A stretch of 64,000 bases of DNA from a virus. A program made the position numbers and the translations under genes. Where the stretch lies: positions 15,214 to 79,213 of the IMG/VR virus record IMGVR_UViG_3300028394_000066. The stretch is one strand, 5' to 3'. The notes beneath the pieces were generated by a model. It had not been told where the DNA came from, did no database searches, and saw only the letters and a program-made list of their open reading frames with translations. Positions 28,153 to 38,049 of this stretch are shown here, one piece after another. Each line of letters starts with the position of its first letter. The stretch's first letter is position 1.

Positions 28153-31100
28153 CTTCCCCCGCTAATAAGACGCCACTATCCGTAGACTACACGGGTAGAG
28201 ACTACTACGCTCTAAGAGAAGAGCTTATTGCTCGAGTAAAAGAGCGCACCGCACAACAGTGGCAAGGAACTGACGAAAATGACTTTGGTCTTGCTTTAGT
28301 TGAGTCTTTTGCGTACATGGGTGACTTGCTTAACTACTACATTGACCGTGTAGCTAACGAGTCGTATATTCTTACCGCCACTCAGCGAGAATCTCTTATA
28401 AATATTGCAAATATGTACGGATACAGGCCCGCAAATTACGTTAGCTCTCTTGTAGACCTAACTATGTTAAACAGTGACGGGTACATTGGACAAATTGGCG
28501 CAGCAACAATCGAAGATGGAACGGTCGGTGCGGCAACGGGCCACTTTGCAAAAATTATTGTTCCTTCAGACCACCCGTTTAGTGCGGGAGACTATCTTGT
28601 GGTTAAAGATGTTCCTTCAGAGTATGCGGTTACTGAGGGCGACACTACTGTAACGTATAACCCCTCAGTTCTTAACGGAACTTTTCCAATTTCGTATGTT
28701 GGGTACAACGGTATTGGTTCTAATGTCCTTTGGTATCGACCAAGCGAAACTATTACGAATATTGTTCCCGATGGGACCACGTTTACTCTTACACTTTCTG
28801 GACTGGGAACTATGACTATCGATGAGTTGGTATCTCCTACTCAAAGTGTTTACATTAGTGGAGTTACTTCCGATGGAAATGGTTATAACGGAAATTGGGT
28901 TATTTCCGATGTTCCTGCAACAAGCACTGCCGCAGCTCCTCAAATTAAAATTGATGCTGCCGAAAATACAGCAGTAATTAGAAACGCGGTAGTTCAGAGC
29001 TCTAACTTTGTTTACTCTTCGTGGAATAACCTTGTAGCAGGACAAAAAGTAGCTATTACAGGAGTAAAAAGCTCTGCTAATACTGGCGGTACTGCCAATA
29101 CTGGCTATAACTTTTCTACTGCTACAATTACGGCAGTTAAGAATCAGTTTGCGTCAATCTTTGGTTTAACTTCTAACGGCACCAATGTAGTCTTTGATTC
29201 TAGCGTTTTGTTTGCAGTAAACGACATTGTTAGCGTCTATGGGATTACCAGTGTTGGAAACACTACTGGAGCGGCTGGAGCTGGGTTTAACTTTGCGGAC
29301 AAAGCTGTTTCTGCGGTTGGCTCTGTAGACACGGCTATTTCTTCAGTTACTCCTGACTCTGGTACAGGTGAGATTGCTTACACCACGGCCTCTGCGCACA
29401 CATTCCAGGTAGGTGATTATGTAACTATTAGTGGAGTTAGCCCTAATGTTTACAATATTTCAAGTGCCAGAATTACGGCTGTGCCATTATCTACAAAATT
29501 TATTGTTGAAGGGTACTGGACCGATGCGTTTAACGCTGGAGCGTCTAGTTTGGCGAAAGCAACTACCTATACCTTTACTATTGCTAGCTCAGAAAACAGC
29601 AATGTAATAAGCAGCTCAGCAGCAGCTATTTGCCGACAATTTACTGTCTCTGGAGGAGGTAGGACTCCTGGTACTTTTGCTACTTCTGTAACTCCATTGA
29701 TGACTCCCCTTATTGGGGGAGTTGAAACTCTGTCTGCATCTAGCGAAGTAGTCTACTCAGACATTCCTCCTATTATTTTTACTGGAGCTACGCTGGAATC
29801 TTCTGCAAAAGTGATTAATATAGGTGATGTTACGGTACCTCAAGGAACGCAGTTAACTACGCAGGTAGCTTTTGATGGTGGTACCAAAGACCTTATATTT
29901 TCAACACAGTCGGATGTAACCGTTCCTTTTAAAGGAACTGCAACTGTTACGGCTATTCATGGAGAAGATATTTCTTTAAGAACTGAAAATGCGCCAAATA
30001 CCGCAGGCATTGCTTACGACATTGCTGGTGAACTCTTGGGGTACTCCACTGGTAAGGCAAATCAATCCTTTGCTATTTCTGAAGTTCAAGTTGCTCTTCG
30101 CTCTATTCGCATATTTGTTGATACTGGACTTGAGTGGGAGGAATGGGCTCAAGTAGAGCACGTTCAAGATTACGCCCCTTACTCTAAAGTCTTTCAAGTA
30201 GACGTTTCTGCATCAGGAATAGTTTCGGTATCATTTGGCGATGGGGTGTCTGGGTTGATTCCTAACACTGAAGGCGGAATTAAAGCCACGTATATTGCTG
30301 GTGGAGGGTTGATTGGAAATGTTGGAGCAGATACTATTAAAACATTTGGGGCAATTCCTGCAAACACCACCGAAATTGAAGAAAATATTCGGACATATGT
30401 AACTGTTACAAATGAACTTAACGCAACAGGCGGGGCAGACCCCGAAACGGATAACTCAATTAGGTACAACGCTCCAAGAGCACTGCGTTCTTTGAGCCGT
30501 GCTGTTACTCTTGAAGATTTTGCAAATCTTGCTCTTTCCGTTGATGGGGTTGCCAAGGCTAAAGCAATTGCTTCATCAAGAAGTTCTGTAACTGTTTACG
30601 TTTCTCCAGTGTCTGGAGATAACAGCGGAGAGCAAGTTCCAGGATACTACGGTGATATAACTGATTATTCTCAAGAAACTGAACAGATGGTTTACACTCG
30701 TGGATTAGTTACAGAATACCTTGCTGAAAAAGTGCAGATTGGAACAGCAGTAACAATACTTCCTGCAACTTACACGGGGGTCAATGCTGCAATTTCTTAC
30801 AGCAGAATGCCCCAGTATTCCCAATCTTCTGTTGAGATTGCTATAAAAAAGGCTCTATTAAACGATTTTTCTTACAACAATGTGGATATGGAAGATGTTA
30901 TTACCCCCGAAGAACTAGAGTTTAGACTTCGTCAAGTAGACGGGGTGTCTAACGTTACTGTGACGGCGCTTTTCCGTGAAGGTGGGGCTGGAAGAAACAG
31001 TCTGGTAGGTTTCTCTGACGAAATCTTTGTATTCACTGAATCTAAAATTACACTCACGGAATTGGCAACTAATGCAGCTATTACTAGCGCTACATTTGCT

Positions 31101-31391
31101 CCCAAGACCGACGCAAACGCAAGTACAGGTTCTGCAACTATTCTTCCTGCGTTTAGTTCAACGATTTATTCTTACAATGTCTCTTTGCCTGCCACAACAA
31201 CTAGAGTTACTGTAGGTTCTGGTCTTTCGGATGCTGACGGGTCCATGACAATTAACGATAAGGCGGGAACCTCTAGTACTGTTCAACTTGTTTCGGATGC
31301 TGTACAAACAGTTAACACCGTTATCATCACTGCAACTGCTGAGGACGGTGTAACGGTTAAGTCTTACAAGTTCAAGGTAACCATCGCGTAA
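28149..31391 (+). CDS. Baseplate J/gp6-like wedge protein with inserted beta domains and C-terminal cadherin-like domain
   Basis: DYTGRDY..LR, YYIDRVANESYILTA, FGDGVSG, GGADPET, RAVTLEDF; ITATAEDGVTVKSY. Confidence 0.88.
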   Translation: MTSPANKTPLSVDYTGRDYYALREELIARVKERTAQQWQGTDENDFGLALVESFAYMGDLLNYYIDRVANESYILTATQRESLINIANMYGYRPANYVSSLVDLTMLNSDGYIGQIGAATIEDGTVGAATGHFAKIIVPSDHPFSAGDYLVVKDVPSEYAVTEGDTTVTYNPSVLNGTFPISYVGYNGIGSNVLWYRPSETITNIVPDGTTFTLTLSGLGTMTIDELVSPTQSVYISGVTSDGNGYNGNWVISDVPATSTAAAPQIKIDAAENTAVIRNAVVQSSNFVYSSWNNLVAGQKVAITGVKSSANTGGTANTGYNFSTATITAVKNQFASIFGLTSNGTNVVFDSSVLFAVNDIVSVYGITSVGNTTGAAGAGFNFADKAVSAVGSVDTAISSVTPDSGTGEIAYTTASAHTFQVGDYVTISGVSPNVYNISSARITAVPLSTKFIVEGYWTDAFNAGASSLAKATTYTFTIASSENSNVISSSAAAICRQFTVSGGGRTPGTFATSVTPLMTPLIGGVETLSASSEVVYSDIPPIIFTGATLESSAKVINIGDVTVPQGTQLTTQVAFDGGTKDLIFSTQSDVTVPFKGTATVTAIHGEDISLRTENAPNTAGIAYDIAGELLGYSTGKANQSFAISEVQVALRSIRIFVDTGLEWEEWAQVEHVQDYAPYSKVFQVDVSASGIVSVSFGDGVSGLIPNTEGGIKATYIAGGGLIGNVGADTIKTFGAIPANTTEIEENIRTYVTVTNELNATGGADPETDNSIRYNAPRALRSLSRAVTLEDFANLALSVDGVAKAKAIASSRSSVTVYVSPVSGDNSGEQVPGYYGDITDYSQETEQMVYTRGLVTEYLAEKVQIGTAVTILPATYTGVNAAISYSRMPQYSQSSVEIAIKKALLNDFSYNNVDMEDVITPEELEFRLRQVDGVSNVTVTALFREGGAGRNSLVGFSDEIFVFTESKITLTELATNAAITSATFAPKTDANASTGSATILPAFSSTIYSYNVSLPATTTRVTVGSGLSDADGSMTINDKAGTSSTVQLVSDAVQTVNTVIITATAEDGVTVKSYKFKVTIA

Positions 31392-31393
31392 AC

Positions 31394-32287
31394 ATGATAA
31401 AGGACTCCTACGGAAATACCCGATTCTTTGGGACTTATCGGGGAATTGTTGTTGACAATAAAGACCCGTTAATACGCAATAGACTCCAACTAAAAGTTCC
31501 ACAAATATTTGGTAATATTTCTACTGAATGGGCTTGGCCTGTAGTTCCTTCGGGGGCTTTATTTGCTACTCCCGCAATTGGTGACGGTGTTTGGGTTCAG
31601 TTTGAGGGTGGGGATGCTTCTTTTCCAATTTGGGTGGGAACATTTGAGGGTGTCGGCGCTGCCCCAACGGGGGGGCTCGTCGGTCCGACTGGTCCTACAG
31701 GGCCTGCTGGAACTAGCGGAACAAACGGAACAAACGGAGACACTGGTCCGCAGGGTCCCGCTGGAATTGCAAGCGCTACGTCACCAATTACAGTAACTGG
31801 TCCCACTGGAGCTCAAACTATTGGAATTAATCAATCTGCAATTGCTATTGCTGCGTCACAGGTAACTTCTGGACTTTCTGGAACGTATGCTCCGTTGGCT
31901 TCACCCGCATTAACGGGCACACCAACAGCCCCGACTGTGGCACTGACAAACGACTCAACTCAAATTGCTACAACAGCATTTGTAAAGAATGTTATTCCGT
32001 ACGCAATTGCCGCAGGAACGGCAACTATGGACGGGGATGGAACATCTAGTCTTACGGTAACTATTACTTTCCCTGCACTTGAGTTTACTCAACCGCCTAT
32101 TGTTACGGTTGGTTCGGGTAACGGGCTTCTGAACGCCTCAGTTCAAAGCATCACTACATCGGGTGCAACAGTAATTCTGGCCCATATAAACGCCAGTAAC
32201 TGGAGTGCTATTTACTATCTGCAGTGGATAGCCATTCAAATGACATCTAGTTCGGCAAGCGGGGGGCTGGGGTATAACAGTGTCTGA
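31394..32287 (+). CDS. Baseplate spike (gp5/gpV OB-fold) fused to collagen and fibre-tip domain
   Basis: YRGIVVDNKDP...PAIGDGVWVQFEGGD..PIWVG; GPT repeats; ITFP..FTQPPIV...WIAI. Confidence 0.8.
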   Translation: MIKDSYGNTRFFGTYRGIVVDNKDPLIRNRLQLKVPQIFGNISTEWAWPVVPSGALFATPAIGDGVWVQFEGGDASFPIWVGTFEGVGAAPTGGLVGPTGPTGPAGTSGTNGTNGDTGPQGPAGIASATSPITVTGPTGAQTIGINQSAIAIAASQVTSGLSGTYAPLASPALTGTPTAPTVALTNDSTQIATTAFVKNVIPYAIAAGTATMDGDGTSSLTVTITFPALEFTQPPIVTVGSGNGLLNASVQSITTSGATVILAHINASNWSAIYYLQWIAIQMTSSSASGGLGYNSV

Positions 32288-32453
32288 GCTAATTTTTATT
32301 AATTATGTGGTTACTTGTCACACTAATACTTGTAGTAACTCGGAAGTGCCCATTAATATTACTGCGCCTAGTATTAACCCGCGCTTTATGTGTGGGGTGT
32401 GTTCACAAGAGATAGCGGATGTTCAACCTGTAAACCCTGAAGTAACCCCGTAA
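32280..32453 (+). CDS. Small Cys4 protein (57 aa), paralogue of 10957..11130
   Basis: VTCHTNTCSN...MCGVCSQEIAD. Confidence 0.65.
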   Translation: MSELIFINYVVTCHTNTCSNSEVPINITAPSINPRFMCGVCSQEIADVQPVNPEVTP

Positions 32454-32489
32454 ATACGAGATAATAGATAAAGAGACTTAGGAGTTAAT

Positions 32490-32804
32490 ATGGCAGCGAC
32501 TTACCCAGGAGGAATTGCCTCCTTTACAAGAAAAATTGACAATGTCGATACCGTCATTGCCTCTGACGTAAATGTTATTTACGACGAAGTTGAAGAGATT
32601 GAACGCCAATTAAGTGGTGTTAATAACCCGTCTTATGGTGGGGCGCTTGCTACGAGTTCCGTTTGGGGTTCTGGAAATATGATTACAAACCGAACTGACT
32701 GGTATCAGTTTGGTGGTCTTGCTGGTCGCATTCAAAACATTGAGCACGGTGTGTACAAAGCGGTAACAGCTATTGATGGAGGAACCGCGGCTTCTAATGC
32801 CTAA
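32490..32804 (+). CDS. Virion structural protein
   Basis: MAATYPG..SF..K.DNVD.V.A.DVN..DEV..IE..L fibre-anchor-like motif. Confidence 0.65.
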   Translation: MAATYPGGIASFTRKIDNVDTVIASDVNVIYDEVEEIERQLSGVNNPSYGGALATSSVWGSGNMITNRTDWYQFGGLAGRIQNIEHGVYKAVTAIDGGTAASNA

Positions 32805-35052
32805 GTATAGCCAGTCCGTTTATAACACTGCCCTTTATGGAATCAAGGCAGTGCTGCCATTTAGCGCAGAACCAATGACTGCAATTGCGCTGTTGTACAG
32901 TGCTGTTACTTTGGAGTTTGCGTCTCCTTCTGGCAGTTACATTGAATTTAGAATTGTTAGAAGCCAAGAAGGTTACCCGCAATCTCAAGAAGACGGGGCT
33001 GTTATTTATCAGTCTCAGGGGATTCCTGGACAAACTAGAATCTTTGATGGAAAATACTCAGACAAAGGCTCCGTAACCTCGTACGCCAATCTTCCCACTA
33101 CGGCGTCTGTTAACGACCAGTACACGGTTAAATCTTTGGGGGCTGTTACTGGCACTTCTTATGTTTGGAATGGATACGAGTGGCGCAATTTGTCACCCCT
33201 TGTGTCTGGTAAGTTTGTTTATTACCGTGCGTGGATTCGAGCGTCGGCCACGTCTAGCTGGGTTAGGGCGGGTACTACGTTTACTTTAATTCCACAAATT
33301 GACTCGTTGTCTGTAGGGCGCGACACCGTGTACACAGCCAGCACTACTCCTACACAAGATAAACTTGTTTACGCTCTTAACGGCGGAGAGTCGTTGCTCT
33401 CAACTACACACGAACGATTTATGGCGACAATTCCGTCAGTGTTTGTTTCCGCAACTAACGGCTCGTTTGACCTCCCTAATGACGTGTACGACCCTTCCGT
33501 CGATAAAAGTGGTATCCGAGAGAACTCTCTCATCTCCACATTTCTTTCAGCTTTTTCGTACACAATTGATGAGTTTATAACTTGGGCAAGAGGCGTCTAC
33601 CCCGACAATCAAAATCACCGAGCTGGTGAGGCCGCCCTTATTTTTAAGACCCATGAGTTGGGCATGAAACCCGACTACGAGGGTGTGACCACTACGCAAA
33701 AAAAGCTTCTCAGTAATGCGGTTGAAATTTACCGAAGTAAAGGAACTAAGGGGGGCCTAGGTCTTTTTGTTAAAAGTGTTACGGGGTATGCCGCAGAAGT
33801 TTCGGAAACAAGAAATCTCCTTTTGTCTCACGAAGATAGCACTTTTGATATCCCTGGTTGGACTTCTGGGTCTGTGGGCAACTGGTTTTCTCTTTCTGGC
33901 ACGCCCACTCTTACCGTAAGCAATTCCCAGGCGACCGCTGCGGGTGTCACTGATTCTTTAGATGCCAACTTTTCTTTAAAAGTAACGACTGGGGGCACGG
34001 GTAAGTATATTTCCCTGGGAACAACGAGCCCAATTACAAACGGAATTCCAGTAACTGCGCTGAGTTATTACTCTCTTTCTTTTTATGCTCAAAACTCTGC
34101 TAGTTCAAACGTTACTGCGGAAATTAGATGGTACGACCGAGCGGGTGTTCTTCTTTCCACAACGGCTGGTACCGCTACTGCAACCGCAGCAACGTTCACA
34201 AGAATAAGTCTTATAAATAAGCAAGCCCCAACTGGCGCTGTTTACGCGGCCATTGCGATTAAGTTTGCAACTAGCGCGGACTACTACATTGATATGGTTC
34301 AGTTTGAAAAATCTGCAACTGTAACTGCGTATCAAGAGCCCCGTGGGGCGGTTGTTACTCTAAGTCCCACAAAGACAAACTTGATTGTTAATCCTTCTTT
34401 TGAGGTTAACGCAACTGGTTGGTCTGGAACAAACGCAACACTTGCTGGCTTTCTTACTACTGTTGCAGCTCACTGCGGAGAGAAGCACGGGTCTATTACC
34501 GCGTCATCAACGGCTGTGGTAACTTGTCAAACAACAGACTACATTACGGTAACTGCTGGAAAAAAGTACAGCGCATCCGCATACTTAAAGGACAAAGATT
34601 CTTCTAAATCTTACGTTGCTGGAATTATTTTTTACAACAGCTCAAGTGCAGCCATCGGCAGCGGAGAGTTTGTCGGTTCGGCAACTCCTCTTTCTACTTC
34701 TGCTTGGACTAGAGTTTTTGTAAGTGGTCTTGCTCCCGCTACTGCAGTAAAAGCTAAGGTGTACATAAAGTCCACAACAGCGGTTACCTCTACAAAAGCC
34801 GTGTATATTGACGCCGTGCAATTTGAGCAGAGTGAAACTCCAACCGACTACTTTGATGGCTCTTTAGAAGTAAGTGGAGCTAATTGGGCTGGTACCGCAA
34901 ATAATTCCGTATCTTATTACTACCTTGCCTTATCAAATAGAGTCAGTAGACTTCAAGAAGAGATTACAGAATACATTGGTTTGAATACTCCTTATTACAT
35001 AAAATTTTCTGGAAATCCAGCTATTACAGGCTCGCTTTCTGGCATAGCGTAG
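32797..35052 (+). CDS. Baseplate/tail protein with two carbohydrate-binding (CBM4-like) domains
   Basis: AVEIYRSKGTKGGL (P2 gpI-like); NLIVNPSFE, APTGAVYA, YIDAVQFE, YFDG. Confidence 0.75.
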   Translation: MPKYSQSVYNTALYGIKAVLPFSAEPMTAIALLYSAVTLEFASPSGSYIEFRIVRSQEGYPQSQEDGAVIYQSQGIPGQTRIFDGKYSDKGSVTSYANLPTTASVNDQYTVKSLGAVTGTSYVWNGYEWRNLSPLVSGKFVYYRAWIRASATSSWVRAGTTFTLIPQIDSLSVGRDTVYTASTTPTQDKLVYALNGGESLLSTTHERFMATIPSVFVSATNGSFDLPNDVYDPSVDKSGIRENSLISTFLSAFSYTIDEFITWARGVYPDNQNHRAGEAALIFKTHELGMKPDYEGVTTTQKKLLSNAVEIYRSKGTKGGLGLFVKSVTGYAAEVSETRNLLLSHEDSTFDIPGWTSGSVGNWFSLSGTPTLTVSNSQATAAGVTDSLDANFSLKVTTGGTGKYISLGTTSPITNGIPVTALSYYSLSFYAQNSASSNVTAEIRWYDRAGVLLSTTAGTATATAATFTRISLINKQAPTGAVYAAIAIKFATSADYYIDMVQFEKSATVTAYQEPRGAVVTLSPTKTNLIVNPSFEVNATGWSGTNATLAGFLTTVAAHCGEKHGSITASSTAVVTCQTTDYITVTAGKKYSASAYLKDKDSSKSYVAGIIFYNSSSAAIGSGEFVGSATPLSTSAWTRVFVSGLAPATAVKAKVYIKSTTAVTSTKAVYIDAVQFEQSETPTDYFDGSLEVSGANWAGTANNSVSYYYLALSNRVSRLQEEITEYIGLNTPYYIKFSGNPAITGSLSGIA

Positions 35053-35066
35053 TGTAGGCTGTCCGT

Positions 35067-35324
35067 ATGGACACATTAATTTGGATTATTATTTCGGGAA
35101 TGGCAGTGGCCTTCTCAACAGAACTACTTATTCGTATTCTTCAATGGTGGGTTGAACCTCGAAACGTTCGCGTGTGGGGAACAGTGCCCCTCTCTCTTGG
35201 TGCATGCTATTTAGTTGGCATCCCCTTCCCAAGTATCGTCGTAGCCACATTGGCGGTCGGGTTTTTTTCGACCACCCTATTGCTAATTATCGACCGTGCC
35301 TCTATAGTTAGTATTCGTCGTTAA
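35067..35324 (+). CDS. Small membrane protein (possible holin)
   Basis: 2-3 hydrophobic segments, basic C-terminus, end of structural region. Confidence 0.5.
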   Translation: MDTLIWIIISGMAVAFSTELLIRILQWWVEPRNVRVWGTVPLSLGACYLVGIPFPSIVVATLAVGFFSTTLLLIIDRASIVSIRR

Positions 35325-35346
35325 ATTAACTTAGAGAGGGCATCGC

Positions 35347-36228
35347 TTGGAGGGCTTGTTAGCACGTGAGGTGACTCTGCTTTCTGTTTTGTCAGAGAAT
35401 GTAGACCGCTGGGGTGATATCAAATTGACTATGGTCGAGTTGGTCGGAATGACTGGTTCGAGCCGTACGACTCTGTGGCGTGCCCTCACAAAGCTGAACG
35501 AGATGGGTCTTGTCCAGACGACTCGAACAAAACGTAATCTTGGTAAGTTGTACAAGAACCGTTACCGACTTGGTGAAACATCAACAGCTGGCCAAGGTGG
35601 CTATGATGACATATCTACTACAGGTACAGTAACTACAGAAGTAAAGAATACTTCGTATTCTTTGGGGGCCGAGGGCCCCGCGAAAGGAAAAACAATGGTG
35701 AACAAATGGAGTGACGATGACGAGGGCATTGCGGGCTTTGGTTTGCTTGAAGAAAAAACCGTCGAGCCAGTAAATGTAAAGAGGAATGACCCGAAGACCC
35801 GCTATCTGCGGCCTCAGAATGAGTGGACGGCATGGGATGTAGCCTCGGAATTTGCGGTGCGAGCGTATGACGTTGTGCGTGGAACACCTGGGATTGTGAA
35901 TACGAAAGCGTTGGCGGGGGCTTTGCGAGCCAATCGGACTAAGTTTGGAATTACCGCCGAGCAAGAGGTGACTCTGCTGGATAAGTTCTTTGCGGACACT
36001 CGGAACCATGTGAAGATGCGGAAATTCCCCAAGGGCACTCACGGTATGTACTTGAACTTCATCACCAGCAACATATCGGACGTCTCCAACTTGGTGACTG
36101 TTGAGGACGCTCTTGCGTTGGTCGAATCTTTGGAGTATGTTATTGCTTCTGATGGTCGTAAGTTTGACAACTCAATGCCAGGCCGTTCGGCTTTGGCTCG
36201 TTACGAAGAAAAATTGAAGGGGGCATAA
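35347..36228 (+). CDS. HTH replication initiator-like protein
   Basis: ELVGMTGSSRTTLWRALTKLNEMGLV winged HTH; upstream of DnaC-like and DnaB genes. Confidence 0.65.
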   Translation: MEGLLAREVTLLSVLSENVDRWGDIKLTMVELVGMTGSSRTTLWRALTKLNEMGLVQTTRTKRNLGKLYKNRYRLGETSTAGQGGYDDISTTGTVTTEVKNTSYSLGAEGPAKGKTMVNKWSDDDEGIAGFGLLEEKTVEPVNVKRNDPKTRYLRPQNEWTAWDVASEFAVRAYDVVRGTPGIVNTKALAGALRANRTKFGITAEQEVTLLDKFFADTRNHVKMRKFPKGTHGMYLNFITSNISDVSNLVTVEDALALVESLEYVIASDGRKFDNSMPGRSALARYEEKLKGA

Positions 36229-36407
36229 TGCTTTACGAATTAGGATTTACGGAAAATATGCGCGACAAGATTAACGATGAGCAAGTTCGCAAGGAAGAGC
36301 GCGAGCGTATTATCAAAGCGATTGAAGATGCACCACCAGCAATGGACTTCTTTGGCCCATACATCGCCAAGGATAAACTGATTGCTCTTATTAAGGGAGA
36401 AAACTAA
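36228..36407 (+). CDS. Small hypothetical protein (59 aa), not in ORF track
   Basis: MLYELG...EERERIIKAI...LIALIKGEN; TAATG overlaps. Confidence 0.65.
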   Translation: MLYELGFTENMRDKINDEQVRKEERERIIKAIEDAPPAMDFFGPYIAKDKLIALIKGEN

Positions 36408-36601
36408 TGGACTCTTGGAAAGAAGAAATGGAAAAAGAGTTTCAAGTAATACAAGGGCTTGTTGTAGAAGCTGGAGCACAGGGAGCCAAGCGTGAGAGGG
36501 AGCGCATTCTCGCGATACTTGCACGCCTACACGACTCTGAGTACGAAGAAATAATGACACACGATGACTTAATAGAACTTATCCAGGAAGAAAACTCATG
36601 A
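36407..36601 (+). CDS. Small hypothetical protein, paralogue of upstream ORF
   Basis: RERERILAIL...LIELIQEEN. Confidence 0.65.
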   Translation: MDSWKEEMEKEFQVIQGLVVEAGAQGAKRERERILAILARLHDSEYEEIMTHDDLIELIQEENS

Positions 36602-37320
36602 CGTATGACATTGCGGAACTATCTCCAATGAAGCGACACTGGCTTCTTCGCGGCTCTAACATTCCACGAAGGTTCCTTGGAATTGAACCCGAAGATTTGA
36701 TTAAGCGCACAGGCGGATTCCCGTACGAGATTACGGACTGGCTTGAGCAGGTATTAGAGGGAAAGATTATCAAAGAAATTGGCGGGCTCTCAGTAACGGG
36801 AACTGGCCTCTTGTTTGATGGTTCCCCTGGACTGGGCAAGACTACGCATGCGGTTACGGCATTGATGGAATTTGTACGCCATCTCCCAGAAGAGTCCGAC
36901 AAGGCACGTGAGATTCTTGCAATAACAGCGGAAGATTACGGCCTTTATTCTCGTCCCGTTTACTACATGACTTTTCCCGAGTTCTTGTCACGCAAGAAAG
37001 CCATGTTTGATGCCGACCCCGACACAAAGAAAGAGATGTTTCATGAGATGGAGGGCTTTCATGGTCGTGCCAAAGAGGACCACCTAAACGTCCGTCTTCT
37101 TGTCTTAGATGACTTGGGAAAAGAGTACGGTTCAAAGTATGATGACACATCATTTGACGAAATTTTGCGCGCAAGGTATGATAAAGCTCTACCTACTATT
37201 ATTACAACAAACGTAGAGCGCGAAAAGTGGTCTGCCCAGTATGGTGAAGCTATGGGGAGTTTCGCCCACGAAGCCTTCACTCGAGTGCGTATCCTGGGAG
37301 AGGACAAGCGTAAAAAATGA
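36598..37320 (+). CDS. DnaC/IstB-like helicase loader ATPase
   Basis: Walker A GSPGLGKT; Walker B LLVLDDLGKE; PTIITTN. Confidence 0.88.
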   Translation: MTYDIAELSPMKRHWLLRGSNIPRRFLGIEPEDLIKRTGGFPYEITDWLEQVLEGKIIKEIGGLSVTGTGLLFDGSPGLGKTTHAVTALMEFVRHLPEESDKAREILAITAEDYGLYSRPVYYMTFPEFLSRKKAMFDADPDTKKEMFHEMEGFHGRAKEDHLNVRLLVLDDLGKEYGSKYDDTSFDEILRARYDKALPTIITTNVEREKWSAQYGEAMGSFAHEAFTRVRILGEDKRKK

Positions 37321-37625
37321 AAGAAGTCAATATGCACATTTCGTGGAGAACAGTTCAAATGTTCTTGGATGATGCTGGTGTTTTTGAGGTTGAAATTGAC
37401 CAAGACAATAAGTCTAAAATTCGTTGTAGCTGCCCAGCGTTTTTTAAGTCCGCTAAATGCAAACACGTTAAGTATGTCCGTGACCAGATGTCTACTAATC
37501 AAGGGCACTACTCTATTCAGATTCCCCTTGACATTGACGAAACTGAAGCAATCGCGGCAATTGACGACCCCGACCAGTTTCGTAGTTTTGTAATCAAGTA
37601 TGGTAAGGTCGAAGTAATTGATTAA
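37317..37625 (+). CDS. SWIM zinc-finger protein
   Basis: CSCPAF....CKH. Confidence 0.8.
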   Translation: MKEVNMHISWRTVQMFLDDAGVFEVEIDQDNKSKIRCSCPAFFKSAKCKHVKYVRDQMSTNQGHYSIQIPLDIDETEAIAAIDDPDQFRSFVIKYGKVEVID

Positions 37626-38031
37626 AGGCGATATCTCAAATGAAACCCCGCCCCGCATCATAGTTTTGATGGATGTAGTGGCCGAGGTTACTTTTGAGGA
37701 ATCGCGCAAAGGTCTTCGCAAGATTATAATTCCAAAGGTCAAGTGGAAGAATGAAAACCTCAACCACCTTTGGAACATTAGCTACAAGTTTGGTTTAGCC
37801 ATTGAATTAGCAGGCATTGCAGACGAGGGCTGGACAGAAGACTTACTTTACAATATGATGAACAAGCTTGACAATCGTGGGGGTAATCCGTTTAACTACT
37901 CCTGGGTGTATGATGACTTTCAAGAACTGATTGATGAACTTCCATACAAAGCAAACTTTAAAGGCATCATTGCCAACCCTGGGACCGTAGCTCGTTTTGG
38001 TTCATGGGGCATAGAGATTCAAAACATCTAA
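37618..38031 (+). CDS. Hypothetical protein
   Basis: 137 aa ORF overlapping upstream gene. Confidence 0.6.
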   Translation: MIKGDISNETPPRIIVLMDVVAEVTFEESRKGLRKIIIPKVKWKNENLNHLWNISYKFGLAIELAGIADEGWTEDLLYNMMNKLDNRGGNPFNYSWVYDDFQELIDELPYKANFKGIIANPGTVARFGSWGIEIQNI

Positions 38032-38049
38032 CAAACGCTGGAGGGCAAA

